Shown here: in pieces, positions 39,319 through 53,600 of the stretch | Numbering within the stretch: the stretch's first letter is position 1 | Layout of the letters: every line of letters begins with the position of its first letter | Assembly: GCA_046563655.1 (NCBI GenBank) | Contig: CM102289.1 | Location: 5,456,001-5,520,000 of the forward strand | Reading direction: 5' to 3' | DNA: 64,000 nucleotides | From: Yuukianura sp. NJ FZ-2021 | Taxonomy: Eukaryota | Translations under genes and position numbers: made by a program | The notes under the pieces: model-generated | The model's database searches: none | Told to the model about the DNA's origin: nothing | The model's input: only the letters and a program-made list of their open reading frames with translations

Positions 39319-42300
39319 ATTTGATTTAATTATCAATTGGGAATTGAACAAAGAAATCAATTGAGTCCACTTGACAGGTGAAACACTGGACTCTGGCGGT
39401 CAATCACCTCAACAGATCACTACTTCAGAATCAAGTAGCCACAAACAAGTATCCAAAAATAAACAATGCAAATCTTCAAAATGGTCTAATTCTATCACTT
39501 CCTCACTTCGATTATCCTTTTCCAACCTATTGTTCTCTTTCCACAAGATAACTAGTCTTCAATTTACAAATTCAGATTACACTTAAATCAATTATGAATC
39601 AAACATTACACTTCTTTGAAATCCACTTCTGACTTTTGTAAAAATCTATGAATGATAACTTTAGTTGAATCAAACTGTTATGACTGGAATTTTATGGAAA
39701 ATTTTTAAACTGGTAAACAATCAAATGTTTACCATCCAAAATATGTGAACATTTGTAACTTTTTCAAAATTGTTTATAAAAACTTCAACTATTTTGAAAA
39801 CTAATCCTTGCAGGAGCCCTTGGACTTTTACTCCCTGGCAGAGGGGCCTTCAGAATGGAAATGAGCGGGAGTGATGAATTTGAAAGCGATCTGAGGGAGA
39901 GTGGTGATGAGCGTGTGTCTTCCGTTTCATATTCAAATGATTCAACGCAACTTATTCGGATCCGGGTATTTTGTGGAGGGGGTGGGTGGATTGGACCAAC
40001 AGGCCCCGGGAGCTGCATAGTGCTAATTAGTTCTGTTAGGTGGGTCGTTAGGCCTAATCACTCGGACCCTTCAAGGGGCCTCCCTGCTGATTCTGGTCCC
40101 CGGAGTCCCCATTTTAAAGTCTCTGGCTTTTGTCATCTTTGCCCCTCCCAATTCCCAGTCTTCACTTCCAATCCTGTCATCAAGTAAGCACTTTGTCCAA
40201 TTCAGGGAAGAGGGACCCCTTGGAAGGGAACATCTCACCCCTCCATGACCCTTGACACAGAAGTGGATCAAAAAAGTACCCGCCAAGGTAAAAATGTCAT
40301 CTCAAATGATCTTGTGCAATTGATACAATAAAAAGACTCCCGGTAGCTTCCTTCCGCTCAGTTTGTCATTTAGAACAATTTAAGTCTTAACCCAAAAGAT
40401 AAGTCTCGTTTTCTGTGTAGCCAAAATACCGTTTCGGTACGGTATCCGGTATTTTTCGGTTTGTCGTACCGAACCCACATACAACTAAGGTGGAGGCATA
40501 ACAGCTTAAATAATTTCCAAATTTTGTAAAGTTACAACTCTAAATTTATTTAAAATTTGATGAGTATTCTGGACTTTGGAGAAAAAATTCCAAACTTTTT
40601 TTTTTGAAAATGTGGCGTTAACGATAATATGTTTTTTGAATTTGTCCTTGTTAGAAGGAAACTCTCTCTGCCAAGGTCGTGAGACACTTTTGAGAAATTT
40701 TTTAATTGAGTTTCCTAATGTGTTTACTTTTTCTTCTAAAAGTGTCAAGATTCTAAAAACTAATGAAGTGTTGTCACCAAAATTAAACTTTTCTAAGAAA
40801 ACTTTTTTTTCCTGCTCCTTGTCTCTGTCATGTCACTCAACTTAAAAGTTTCAAAGAAAATTTTTTTCACTTTTAAATACCTCAAATTAGGTATTTTCCT
40901 AATGAGATTTTTTTTGGTAATTTTAAACTTCAGGTAAGTTAACAAGGTTAGACTTAAAAAAAAGAACTTCCAAAAAAACTTCTGGAAGGGCTCTCTGGAC
41001 TTGACACAAAATTCAAAAATTTGAGACTTCTAAACTTTTTACAAAACTGCACTGTTCGTGACAGGTGACGGAGACGGTAGCAAAGTTAAAAAAATAAGCC
41101 TTTTCATTTTCTAAGAAAAATTTTTCAGAAAAAGTGTCAATTTGCCGGACATGGTCCAAAATTCAAAAAGTTAAAGAGTTGTTTCTGTTTGTGAAACGAA
41201 AAACTTTCTCTTTTTTGCTTGACCCCTTCAGTACCGTAACATTTCTTTTACGGATACACTTTTAAAAAAATCATACCATAAAATCTTTTGTCACTATCCA
41301 GTTTTATGAAATTTTACAGTAAAATAATGATGTCCATCACTTCAATTTTTAGAAAAGTCCTACTCTCTCTCAATCTCCTGCTGCTTTTCTCCAACTTTAC
41401 TTTTGAAAGGGGTGAAAGTCAACTTTGATTTTGTGATTTGAAGCAATTTGATGGACAAAATTCATTTGAACCTTAAAAAATTTCAAATTACCAACATAGT
41501 TCCTTCCTAGTCAACTCTTTAAACTTTTTTTTAAAAGAAGAGAAGTTCAAAAGACTTCTTTTTCTTCTTTCTAAAAAATTGGATAAGTGAGTCGATCATC
41601 GTCACATTTCCTGTTCTAAAAGTTCAAAAACGAGGCGGAAGAAAAGGTTTCCTTCCTTCCTGTTCCATTTGACATTCGTTGACTTCCTTTGCTCTTATTA
41701 ACTTTTCAAAAAAAATTAATTCAACTTCGCTTTTCAAAATTTAATTTTTAAAACTTCCACAATTAACTTCAGCTAAAGAGACGCATGTTTACGGTAAAAA
41801 TTTTAAAACGTTTAATTTAAACCGGTCAAACATTAATTTTTGAATTGTCTCGTATATAAATAATTTGAAAAATTCTGAAATTTTTGTCTGAAAACAGATT
41901 TTGGTCATCAATCATGGTGACATCTCGTTGTCACCTAGCGTCCACTTAAGCTCCTCTGACCTGAGCATCCTTGTCGCTTCTTTGTCTCCTTTTCAAATTC
42001 TTTTCCTGAGCCCTGGTCGTAATGAAGTGTATTAGGCCATTACATGGCTCATTTGGCGCGAACAAAAAAGTTCAAGTTGGGACGAAGATGTCTCAGAAGG
42101 TGAAGACGGAGACACCTTGAGTGTCGCCAGACTTCAACACCCTCACACCCTTAAGGGCTCCTAATGGCCAGTAGTCAAGGGTCTCACCCTTAATGGATGT
42201 TAATAGAGAACTATTGCTTTCACACGGCAGATTAACGCCAGTACCCCTCTTTACATTCCTAATCAACCGAAAAGTGCAAAGTCCCTTATTCACACTGTAT

Positions 42301-45300
42301 TTTCAAGAGGGGACTTAAGGGACCCTTTCAAACTGGATAAAAATCAAGGACTCCAAAATTTTCAAATGAAGTCTCTTTTTGTACTTTCGGATCCACTCGA
42401 AACTTCAATCACAACATGGAGCCCAAACATAATCAACCGAAAAACTAACCTTAAAGGTAACGATTAGCCTAATACTAATTTTAACCTAACAAACTCAACT
42501 TAAGTTAGCACTAATTTCGCTGATTTAACTAAAGTTAAAAAATGACTAAATTAAAACGCGTTGGAAATCACTTTTACTCATTTACAATTTATTGTAAAGG
42601 TTAGGCACCCAGGAAATTAAAATTTTCAAATTCCAGCGACCAGGAAATGACAGTTTTTAATTTTCTTTTCAAAATTTGAAAATCTTAGGAACATTTTTGG
42701 TGTTAAACCACAGAAACCTTGGTTCTTTCGGTAGATTTCCGTCGAGAGGTTCAGAATCCACTTGAAGAGGATCTTGGAACTTCCTTCCTCTTGGATTTGG
42801 TGATTTGAGGGAAACAGCATTTGTTTGAAATCCTGGCTGCGATTGCGCAGTGTTGCCCAACCGTATTTTGATTTGCCTCGTCTCGTATTCATGATTTGAT
42901 TGAATTCAAAGGAGAAAGTAGATGGGCAAACAGTCTTAAGTTTTTATTTGATTTAGTGGCGGTGGTTGGGTGACTGGCATCCGTACTGTAATGGGCCCTT
43001 TATTGCCTCTTATGTAATCTCCCCCTACCTTATGATTCCAGTCCCAGCCTTCATCACCCTTGTCACTATTACACAAAATGAAACCAAAACTTGACGATTT
43101 CCAGAGTTCGAAATCGCGCTATTTGATAATTCCCACGCCGCATCCAAAAATTTCAAACTAGAAAAGTCCAAATAGCCAAAATTCTTATGGCGTCAAAAAC
43201 TCAAACAATTTCAAAAAGTTCCGAAATGCTTCCGTCCCGAAGAATTTGAAAATCGCTCATAGCAAAAGCATAAAAATTTGAAAATCACTTCATAGCTAAA
43301 AATATTTGACAATCTCAGCCTCCTGATAGACTTAAAAATCTCACCGAACCCATGCATCTGAAAGCAAACTCTGATAAAAATAAATGAATTTTTTTGAAAA
43401 AGAAAGTTTGCGATTAGAGAAACAGTGTTGAGGAAAAGTAGTGTTGCGGGAATTAATGCATATTCAAAGACCGGGAAAAGCGTATGCCATGCCTCCGGGG
43501 ACTTTTGTGGAGACATTGATCCTTATGCCAACAACTTTTTGTGGGGTGGGGTCTGTGAGCCTTGTGGCAAAAAGAAAGTGGGAGAAAGGACCTGATAATC
43601 CAGAGAGCATGGGACACTGTGCTCAACTTATTAAAACCGTTGAGTCAATAATCAAATGATTGGCCTTCCGCCACTTGGGCCTCTGGATTCTGCTCCTGCG
43701 CAGAGACACAAAATGAACTGCGGCAAGCGCTTCTTTGTAAGCTTTGGTACACTCGTGGCCGTATTTACTGAAGCATTTAAGTCCTTTGGCCCTGCCTATC
43801 AGACGCCTCCACCTTTATTACTTCTTAACTTTATTAAATTTCCCAATCCCTTTCATCTCTATGCTCGCCTTTCTCCAGGGACTTAATAAATGTTCTCCAG
43901 AATCAACACAACCTCTAACATCCACTCACCCCCTCGGCCAATCATAATGAAATCTGATGGATCACAAAAAAAAAACACTTTCATTACTCTCATGCCTTAA
44001 AAGACACAAAAGTCAAAATCACAAAAATTCAATTTTTTGGAACAAAAATCTCTTCATGCTCTGAAAACTTGATTTTTTCTCCACTTCAACTTCACCTGAT
44101 AGCCTATACTTTTAAAAAAAACTTACTTCCTTCCATAAATTTTGATCGGAAAATCATGAGTGAAACTTTCAGCTGCTAGGTTTTTTTTAGGTTTTGGGAT
44201 TTGGCTTAGATTAGGTTTAGAGTTTGAGTTAGGTTAAGGCTTAAGTTAAAAAGTCATCAAAAGCCTTAGATAGAACTGATATTTGAAAATTAATTAAACG
44301 AGTGAAATATATATGTCAAGGCCTGTTTCAGAAGGTTTATGGTTTATAACGAAATGTTAAGCAGGTTTTTCTAAAAACGAATTTTATGAAATCTTATTTT
44401 TTAGAACAGGGAGAAGAAGCAGGTAGAAATTAAGTTTGAGCAGCTGTTTTTCCAGAGTGTGCTTCTGGTTCTGACACATCAGAAAGCTTAGAAGAGTTGA
44501 CGATGACGAAGAAATTGGAGAGTAAAAGGCAAAGGAAAACTTTCACTTTCAAAGTTTTCTCTTCTGATATCATTAGCCAGATAAACTCTAATTTTAAGCA
44601 CGGCCTGTCACCATCATCATGCTTTCAAATTTTGATTTCTTTTTGTAAAAACGTTTAGAACAGATATTTATTGAACAACAGTTTTTGAGGAGTTGGAGGG
44701 AGTAACTATACAGCAAGAATATTCTCGGCCTCCCGCCAAGGGACCACCCTCGACTCAACTAAAACTCACAACATCTTTTGAAAGATGGAAAGATCCAAAA
44801 TAATTAACAGGATTTTTAGGATTGATTAGGTAATTTTAGGGTTAGGGGAGAACCCCTGCAGGGGTCTCCAATTGAGGGGACTCTTTATAACTCTTCTGCC
44901 AACAATGACACAAGGGAAAGTCCAATTAATTACAAGGAAAACTAGGAGTAAGGGCCCAGTGTGTGCGTGGGAGGGAAATGACAAAATTTTATGTCGCTTG
45001 TTATTGTTTATCAGAAGAAAAGAAAGGCCTGTCACCACCAGAAGATCTGGAACTACAATTAACTCTGATTATTTTTGATAGTTACTCCATCTATTTAAAT
45101 ACAAAATGAAATCAAAAAAAGTTAGATAATGTAGTACAACCATCTAAATATCACATTTAAGTTCCATTTTTTTGAAATTTTAAGTCGTTTTAAACTTAAG
45201 TTTTCTGTTCTAACTGCACATGGCTGTGATTAAAATTTTAGTTACATTACAAGCTAACATTGTAGTTTGTTAAATTATAAAATTAATGCAAGTTGATCAT

Positions 45301-47605
45301 TATACAGTATAAATTTATCAATTATAATATGGTTTTTAACATTTAGAAGTTACAGGTACAACAAGCGTTGTTTGTATCGGCATCTATCCAAACTTTCCCC
45401 AAATTATCATCCGTTTGTTTTCCTCTGAAATCCGCCTTTGGGCTCTATCTGCTTTCCCCTGCAGCACTGCACTCATGCGCTCTCTCATTGGCTTTCTCAC
45501 ACCGAATTTCGGTTTTTGAATGAAACAAGAAGTGTGCTGAATAAACTCTATCTAGGTTTTAAAAATTCAAAATTTTGAAAACGTCATGAGAAGGTCACAT
45601 GACAAAAATATTTTGAAGGAAGGACGGAAGCGTGTGCCTTGTCACGGTGAAACTTTGTATTTGTAGAAATTGACCCTTTTGTCACCCCCTCATTTTGTAG
45701 CATTCAGACTTTGTTTCCATTCAGTTTCTAAGGGCTCCCCTTCAACTTGATGACAAATTGTCTCATTCATTCACTCCATGGGCCCTTAAGGACTCTCTTT
45801 AGATCTTCTGAGAAAATATACTGATGTGTTGTGTACAGATCCCGTGAAACCCTTTATTCTCGTACAATGAAACGATAAGCTCACATACTATTGTGATGGG
45901 TACTTGAAGAAAAATGATCCACTTCCACACTTGAAACGGAACAAACGACACCAAAGGCACACCTGAAATTCTGACGGTAAGGGCCCATGATCACTTGGAA
46001 GGTATTGTATTTGCATGGTGAACACAGCCATCCAAATTTATGATGCTCTAATTATGATCATAATTAATCACTATTAATAATCTAAATTATGATCTGTTTA
46101 AATACATTTAAAACGCTTGGGAGAAGAAAATGCTAATTTAATATAATTTGTAATTACTAAACTTTAATTTGGCGAACTAGAGGAATCCCGTTTTTTGCTT
46201 TCTATAATTTCTGTCATTTTAGTCAAACGTTACTTTTTAAGTTTCTGATTGATACACAAAGTTCTCTAATTCTTAATTTCAATGTCCGATGTTGATGGTG
46301 AAATAAAAAAATCATTGTGCAGTCGGAAGAGAGCCCTTAAGGCATTAGACATGTACCCCTGCAGGCCCTTGATTGACATATTCTCAACTTCATTTTGGAA
46401 TTCTGGATAGACTGTGTTCACTTTGGAGAAAGTTAAATTAGCAAAAACTTTGGAGAAAGTGGAATTAATGAAATTTTGGGAGTAATTTGAAAAGAAAACC
46501 CAGGAGCAGTTGAAATGAACTTTGTTCTCAGTGGAGTAAGTTAGGAGTTAAGTTAAATTAATTAAAGAATTCATTAAACTCTTGAATTGTGTTGGTTAAA
46601 CTTGAGTCTTTGGTGGAAGTGAAAGCACAAAGAAAGTTTGCTCTGCCTTCCCCTTCCAGAAAGTCCAGCATCCAGCAGCATAGTCTTGACAGTGAAGTGG
46701 TTGATTAAGCAGTGTAAACTGGAATTAGCATTTTATTGCTCCAAGGACCAAGTCAAAGTCGTTTGGACAGACACAGTGGAACTAATCCAAACTCTAGTCT
46801 TTGATGTTGGAAGAACTAACTCAATATTTGAGTCCACTCAGCAGCATAAACGACTTTCTTTTCTTCAAAATTTCAACCCTAGTTTTTCATTAAATTGAAA
46901 CAAAACTTTTTAAGAATCAATCCTTTCCCAAAAAAAAAACGAAATTAAATTTCTGCTTTTTCAAAAAAGAATTCAACTTGGGATGGAGTTTAAACAGTAA
47001 AAAAAAATATACAATTCAAACGAAATCAACAAAATGTTTTAATTTGGGCCAAATTAAATAAGTTTTTAAACAACAACCAAATGTAAATTAAAAAAAACAC
47101 TTAGATTTGAAATGTAAGATTTATTCTTGAAAGAGTTTAGGTATCTGCATATTACACTTTAAGTTGCAGAAACATTGAACTAAACAAATGGTTGTGGTGA
47201 ACTTAAACAATATTAGTTCCTTAATTAGTTATTTAATTAATGCGATTGCCTTTGTTTTGTTAAAATTTAAACATTAAGAATTAAAATATTAAGGTAGTTT
47301 TAAAATTAACTGACTCGATGTTTTTTACATTTAGCAATTTTAATTGTGCTTTATTTTAAAGATTAAGAAACATAATACATCTACATTCTACCCTGAACTT
47401 TCTTATTCAAAAACAAAAACAACAACCTTGAAACAATTAGCACTTCATTCAAGTTAATTAAAATCTAAACTTTTAGTTTAACACTTTCCTCTTGTCCAAT
47501 TCAATTCATAATTAAAATCATAATACAGCCTCTAATTCGTCGGGAATTAGCCCCAATTCATACTAATTGCAAAATTATGTTTCAAAAGTTTAAACTCTTC
47601 CCGCG

Positions 47606-50600
47606 TTAGGTAATTTGAATTCCCTTGGAGAGCGACTCGAGATGCTCCTTCGCTTTGAGGCGAAGGGCCACAATACTCGACGACCGTCCGAGTCCTTCCG
47701 GACTCTCGCCTGATCTGGGGGGCCCTTCAACCGAGTCCCCCGAGCCACCACTGCTATGACCATTCAGTGGACTTAGACGCAGAGGGGCACCGGACTTGAG
47801 CGTAACGGAGTGTCTGCCGTCGATGAGTGTCGTTTGATGATTGGCTGCTGAGAGGAGTGACGCAGCAGACGACGCAGAAGTGGGCGGAGTCAAGTAGCTT
47901 GGATAACACGTTTGCGGATGGGACAAAAACCCGGGTAGTGCATGCGACAAGGTGGATCCGAGCAGAGGTGACGCTGCTAGCCAAGGGTCCATAAGAGACA
48001 AAGCGGCTTGGTTTGGACCGAAGAGCCCTGCAGCAGCTAATGCTGCTTGGTGATTGGCTGATGCTGACGCTTGGGATCTACCGAGAGCGGATAGCGGATA
48101 GTCACCAAGACCGAGCCGAGCAGCTTCCATTTTCTCTTGACGTCGCCATTTCGCACGACGATTTTGAAACCAAACCTGAGAATGAAACAAAACGAAAATC
48201 AAAATTAAGTAAACCTTAACATTTCCAAAAAACATAGCGTGCGTTTTGTAGTAATTTTTTTCGACTGTTATGTGGTTGGAGTATTTCTAAAACACAATAG
48301 AGCTCAAATGGATCGTGATTTTGAATTTATTGAATTTGGCGGAATAATGGAAAAGCCGATAGAAAAAAGAGAAAAGTCGAAGGACATACTAAAGCGCGCT
48401 TTTATTCGATTTGCTCCAATTTGTGATTTTTCTATGCGTGCCGCCATCACAAACTATTAGCAAAGTCCGGCCATAATTCTCAATTTCCAAAAAATCTTAT
48501 ACATAAACATTAAAAAAAATTTTAAAAGCAGGAAATCAAATCAAAGTAAAATGAAAGCCAAAAACATAAATTGTTAATACAAAAAAAAATTAAGAGGAAA
48601 TTGAACCAGAGAATTCGATTTCCAAAAATACTCGACTGCGAATAGCTCAAAACAAATTATTTTCAGAAAAATTAATTTGAAGGGACGATTTTGAACAAAA
48701 TTTTATTAACTAAAGAGCTAAGCGTACAAAATTTATGGAATAATAGGTTCCAAATTGCCATTTAACTTAGACTATGTGGTAGTGCTAAAAATGACTCAAA
48801 GTGCTTAACAAGGTAAAAAGAGAAAGTTTTCTCTTTTCAAATTTTTATAGAATTATCAATTTTTCGCGGTTTTTTCTTGTTCACTCTAAAAAGAAGAAGA
48901 AAGGAGGCACTAACACAATTTCCTCTTCGCCTGAATGTGGGAACTTAATTGCAGGGCATTGTCCCTGTCCCTAGTGAGCGCTTAAAAGGAGAAAGCCCGC
49001 GTTTTTTTGAAAGTGAAGAAATGGCGCAATGGAAATCCTGAACCCTAATCCAATAAATTCTCAACTTGCTTTTCACATTGAATTTATTTTAGCTCCGGCG
49101 CTTCCAGACCATCTTTCAAATTTTGCGCCACTTAGGTTTATGGAGACTTGAAAAGAAAGCATTTTTCCTCCATTTTTTCTTATCATGAGAAAAGTTTCTT
49201 GAAAAAAGGAAAGTTTATGGCGTCAACTGTTTTCAATTTTCAATTCAAGCGAAGTAAATTCAATTTAAAAACGTGTTTACTTCAAAATGGATCACATATT
49301 CTAGTACTTTAGTTATACAAAGTGTTTTCCTTTGGAACTGAAAAAAAATTTAATGCACTTTTGACTTTTTTCACACTAACGTTTTAGTAAATTATATCAA
49401 AATCACTTAATTTTTTCTAGTTTCAAATTACTCACAGGTTATACTAAAGAGTTGAACTTTTCCCGCCCACTTCCTTCAAAAGCTCTTAAGTGAATTATCA
49501 TCCAATCAACTTATTCTTCCATCACAATTTAAATGCAAAAAAAAATTAAGCATCAATTATCGTCTGTGAAAAACCGGATCTTTCAAAATTCACTTAAGAG
49601 CAAATTACAAACCAATTACGAAACTCCGGGGTCACGCAAGGTCAAATCCAATGTTTCATCCTCCTCTTTGACCTCTCTCCGCGAGGTCAAGTAATTCAAT
49701 TTTCGATTTTTCTCGACCTAGTAAGCAATTAAGCATCCGTCTCAGGTGGTGGTCCAACCCTTTGTTGAGTAAAAGTAACCCCATTTTCAAAAAAAATCGA
49801 CAGGATATTTTAAAAAAGCTGTTCAATTTTTTTTCAAATCCAAAATTTATAAACTTCAAAAGAACCGAATCTGCAATGAACCATTCCCTTTTTTTAGTTG
49901 AAAAATAGGCTAACGGTTTTCTCTTCTACTCAATCTCAATTTCTTTTCCTTAGGATTTCATATAAACTCCTTTACTACATTTTGTATTTGTAGGTAAAAT
50001 TCAATTTCCGCCAGCGATTACTTTCATTTTGATGAAAAACAGGTTTGTGCTTCTATTCCAATTCAATTTCCTCCTGGAAAATTCTTAGGAAGTCAAAAAC
50101 TGAAGAACTTTTTCTATTTTACCTCCTCCGATCATGTCTTATTTTCAAAGTTAATAAGACCTAAAATGAAAATGTCAAAAGTCCAATTTTAGGTTATTTT
50201 CAAAATTTTGAAATTTGATATAGTAGAAAATTGCACAAAATGGAGAAAACGGAAATCAAATTTTCCTGTTTCAAAAGGCTGTAATAATACAAATAATTTT
50301 TCAAAATGGATTTTGAAAATCACGTAACATGTTATTGTGCTGTAGGTTATAGATTAAATGCTTTAATGGGATTATGTTCTTCCTGTGTACACTTCAATTT
50401 GAGAGGAATAACCCTTCTTCAATTTCACTAAAGATCTTCACGCCCACAACGTACAGAATTAGGCTAGGTTAAGTTACGTAACCATTACTAACGTAGTTGT
50501 GTACAATGGAGCATAAGAGGTGTGGAAATTGAAGTAATAATCAACCTAATTTTTACAAAAGATTAAATTTCATATTTTGTACAAACAAATATTCTAAAGC

Positions 50601-53600
50601 CTTTGAAATTTTTTTAAATTGAGACCGGAAACGGGCACAACTGCTTGAAGTAGCACAAAAAGTTAGGGTTTGTTGTCCTGCCCAGGCTATGTTATGGTAG
50701 TACATGTATTTGATGTACATGCGTAGTTGATGTATACTTATGGAGCACTTAAGGTAGTAAATTGGATGGAATTGCATTAAGTCTTAGGTGGAAGAAGTCA
50801 CTCCGGACGTGTGAGTTGGTCATCCGCTGTCCATCGTAGTCGTAAGTACTTTTGAAAACGAAGTTATCTTCTGCTCAGAGATCAATAATATTCCAAAGTC
50901 CATTATGACTTTAATTGACTCCTGTCTCAGCCTATCACCCTCCTCAATCTGACTTCCATTTACACGGGAGCCAACTTCATTAACACCAACAATACCCCAG
51001 CCACATCCATTGTTACACTACATACTTCAGCCTAACAACTCACTCTGACAATATTCCCAAGCATCTACAAGGTCACAGCTACCTTTACAACACAGGTCAA
51101 ACCTAACTTAATCTCCAGCATCAGCAACAGAAGCACAAAAACATAGTTTTTACATGTGTTTTTATACAGGAAACACAAGGCATTCTACAACTAAATTGAA
51201 AAAAAAAGTTCATAATGTTACAACTTGAAACTTAAAATGAGTTTAGTTGTTTATTATTGTAAATTAAAAGTTTTAAAAACTGAAAAATTGAGAGAGGACA
51301 TTAGTACTAGAGTGACAGTACGCAAAGGAATGACAAGAAAAAACGCGGGAAGCAGGAGAGGGCGTGGCAAAAAGTGCGAAGCGTTCCTTGAGTCTCCGCC
51401 CCTGTGACGACGAAGAGGAGCCCCTTAATTATAACCTATTAGGGCAATTACAGCACAGCATCAAAAACCCCGCGCGCACTCTTTTCAAATTTTGAACTTC
51501 CCTTCCGCTCCTTTTTAAATTTTTTTCCAACAACTGAAAAACCGGATTCGAATCTGAGTCTCTCGTGCTTTACGTATACTAGTACTAAGTAGCCCATCTC
51601 ATTTCATCTGAAAAACGTAAAGTAATACACGCCTTTTGTATTAATTCACTTTTAGAACTCTACTTCCATTGAAGTGGGACTTATGAAGTTTTTGAATTCA
51701 ATTTGAAATTCCCTCTCCGCACTCTCCTCAATCCTATCTCCTGTCCAATCATCCAAAACATCCAACTGTATCTCCCTCTCTAGTACACAGGCCAAGGAAC
51801 AATGGCTTTTCGGATTTTAAATCTCCCGCCTTGCCAAAAATCTCCCGCAGACAAACACTCGTCTCGTACCTAACCAACAAGAAAGGATTTAAAAAGCCTT
51901 TAGCTCCGCAATTACAATTCACAATGCTCAAGCATTGTGCAGACACCAGGAGAGGCCAAATGGATCAGAACCATCTGATAAATCCAGGAAACATGATTAG
52001 AGGATGCTATTAGGAAAAATACATTATGATTTCATCTTCCCTCCGTCGAGTGAAAACATAATCAATGCAAAATGGCGCTCAAATTTGAAACTTACGCGAA
52101 ATTCTCCCGCTAAAGACAATTAAAAAAAAAACAAAAACAAGAACTTTAAGAACTCGACAAAGTAAAATTTTGAGCTGAATTTATACCGATTTTTAAAAAA
52201 TTGTCGGGAAACATTTCAAAAAATATAGTTAGTTATGTATTAATAATTTTTTTTTGAGAAAAAAGTGCCACGATTGAAAACTATTTTCGGACGTTTTCAA
52301 AGATTCCGCTTTCGTGCGGTTAAGAAAACATAATACACGGTCCAGTACAATGGAATCAAAAGGGGGACCCTTGAAGGGCTTCATGCTCCTTCATCAATGT
52401 AATTTAATATGGTTCAAAATTTCAAAAAAAAATCTGCCATCGGAGGGACTTTTTGGTAAACTTGAGAAGACAGAAGAGGCACGGGAGCCGACAGAATAAG
52501 AAATATATTGAGAGGGGTACTTAAGGGACACAAGAATACAATTCCCCGCCCCCAAAACTTACAACTTTTGTTCCCCTTAAGTTGTTCGTCGCAGCTTTTT
52601 GAAGAAATTTGAATGGAAGTGACGCACACTGCTGCGCCTTCCATTGGTCTATCTGATCCAGTTGTTTTTCTGTGACAAGGGGTCAATGCGACCACTTCAA
52701 AGTGTCCATTGATATTCGGATTGGAGGGAGATTTGAAAAAGAATCATTTCAAAATATCTTATGGCGATTTAGGTGCATAGTGAGAACCTTGTTTCTGTGT
52801 TTGTCCAATATACAAATAGATTCCATGACACGGGAAACAGGGGAAGGTCACAGAAAAATACAATGGATTTCTCAAATTTCAATCGATTTCAATCATTAGG
52901 CCGCTTTTACTTTCAAAAAAGAAAATTACGGCTCAAAATCTTTTTTGAGTTTTAGCTTTAAATTGAATTTTAGGTTTCGACATCACAAAATTTTGACCTT
53001 GGAAAAAACTCCACGTGCTAGCAACTCTTTAAATCATCGGAATTTCCAATTTAGTGTAAAAAATGGCTTTATGCTAGCAAATTTGAAAATTGGCGCGTCT
53101 TGTTGCAACTGATGAAGAAGAAAGTTGTGTAAATTGAAAGTGAAAATGAAATTAGATGGAGCTGAAAGCCAAAAGTAATCAAAGCGTAAATTAAATGAAA
53201 ATGGCTTAATTAGTAAGAAACTGTGTTTAATTTTATTCTAGATTAGAATTACGTCCTCAATTCAATTAGAAAGTGATGCATAAGATAATTAGGAAATCAA
53301 GGGCTCTTCTCCTCTCCCGCCAACTCCAAAATTTTGAAATCCTTTTAAAACACTGTCTCAATTTGCCCCCGAGTTAGGTTTCCTGTCTCGCACTATTTGC
53401 ACAACACTTTGGGCACTCGCTCCATTTTCGAACTTAACGGCGCCATCATTTCCAGTTTCAAAACTTTTGAAGCGAAAGAGGGGAATTAATGAAGGAGTTA
53501 ATGAAGTTAGACACCATACACTTTCAAAACTTTCCGCTCTCCTCTCTCTCAAGCTCTAAAAGCTCATAATCTAGCTCAGGAGAAAGTAAGCCAAAGTGCT

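Noticed and set aside
44200..44250. Degenerate TTAGG/TAACC runs (also near 7135, 50460 and 60015) as interstitial telomeric repeats
   Set aside because: Too short and degenerate; no tandem array.
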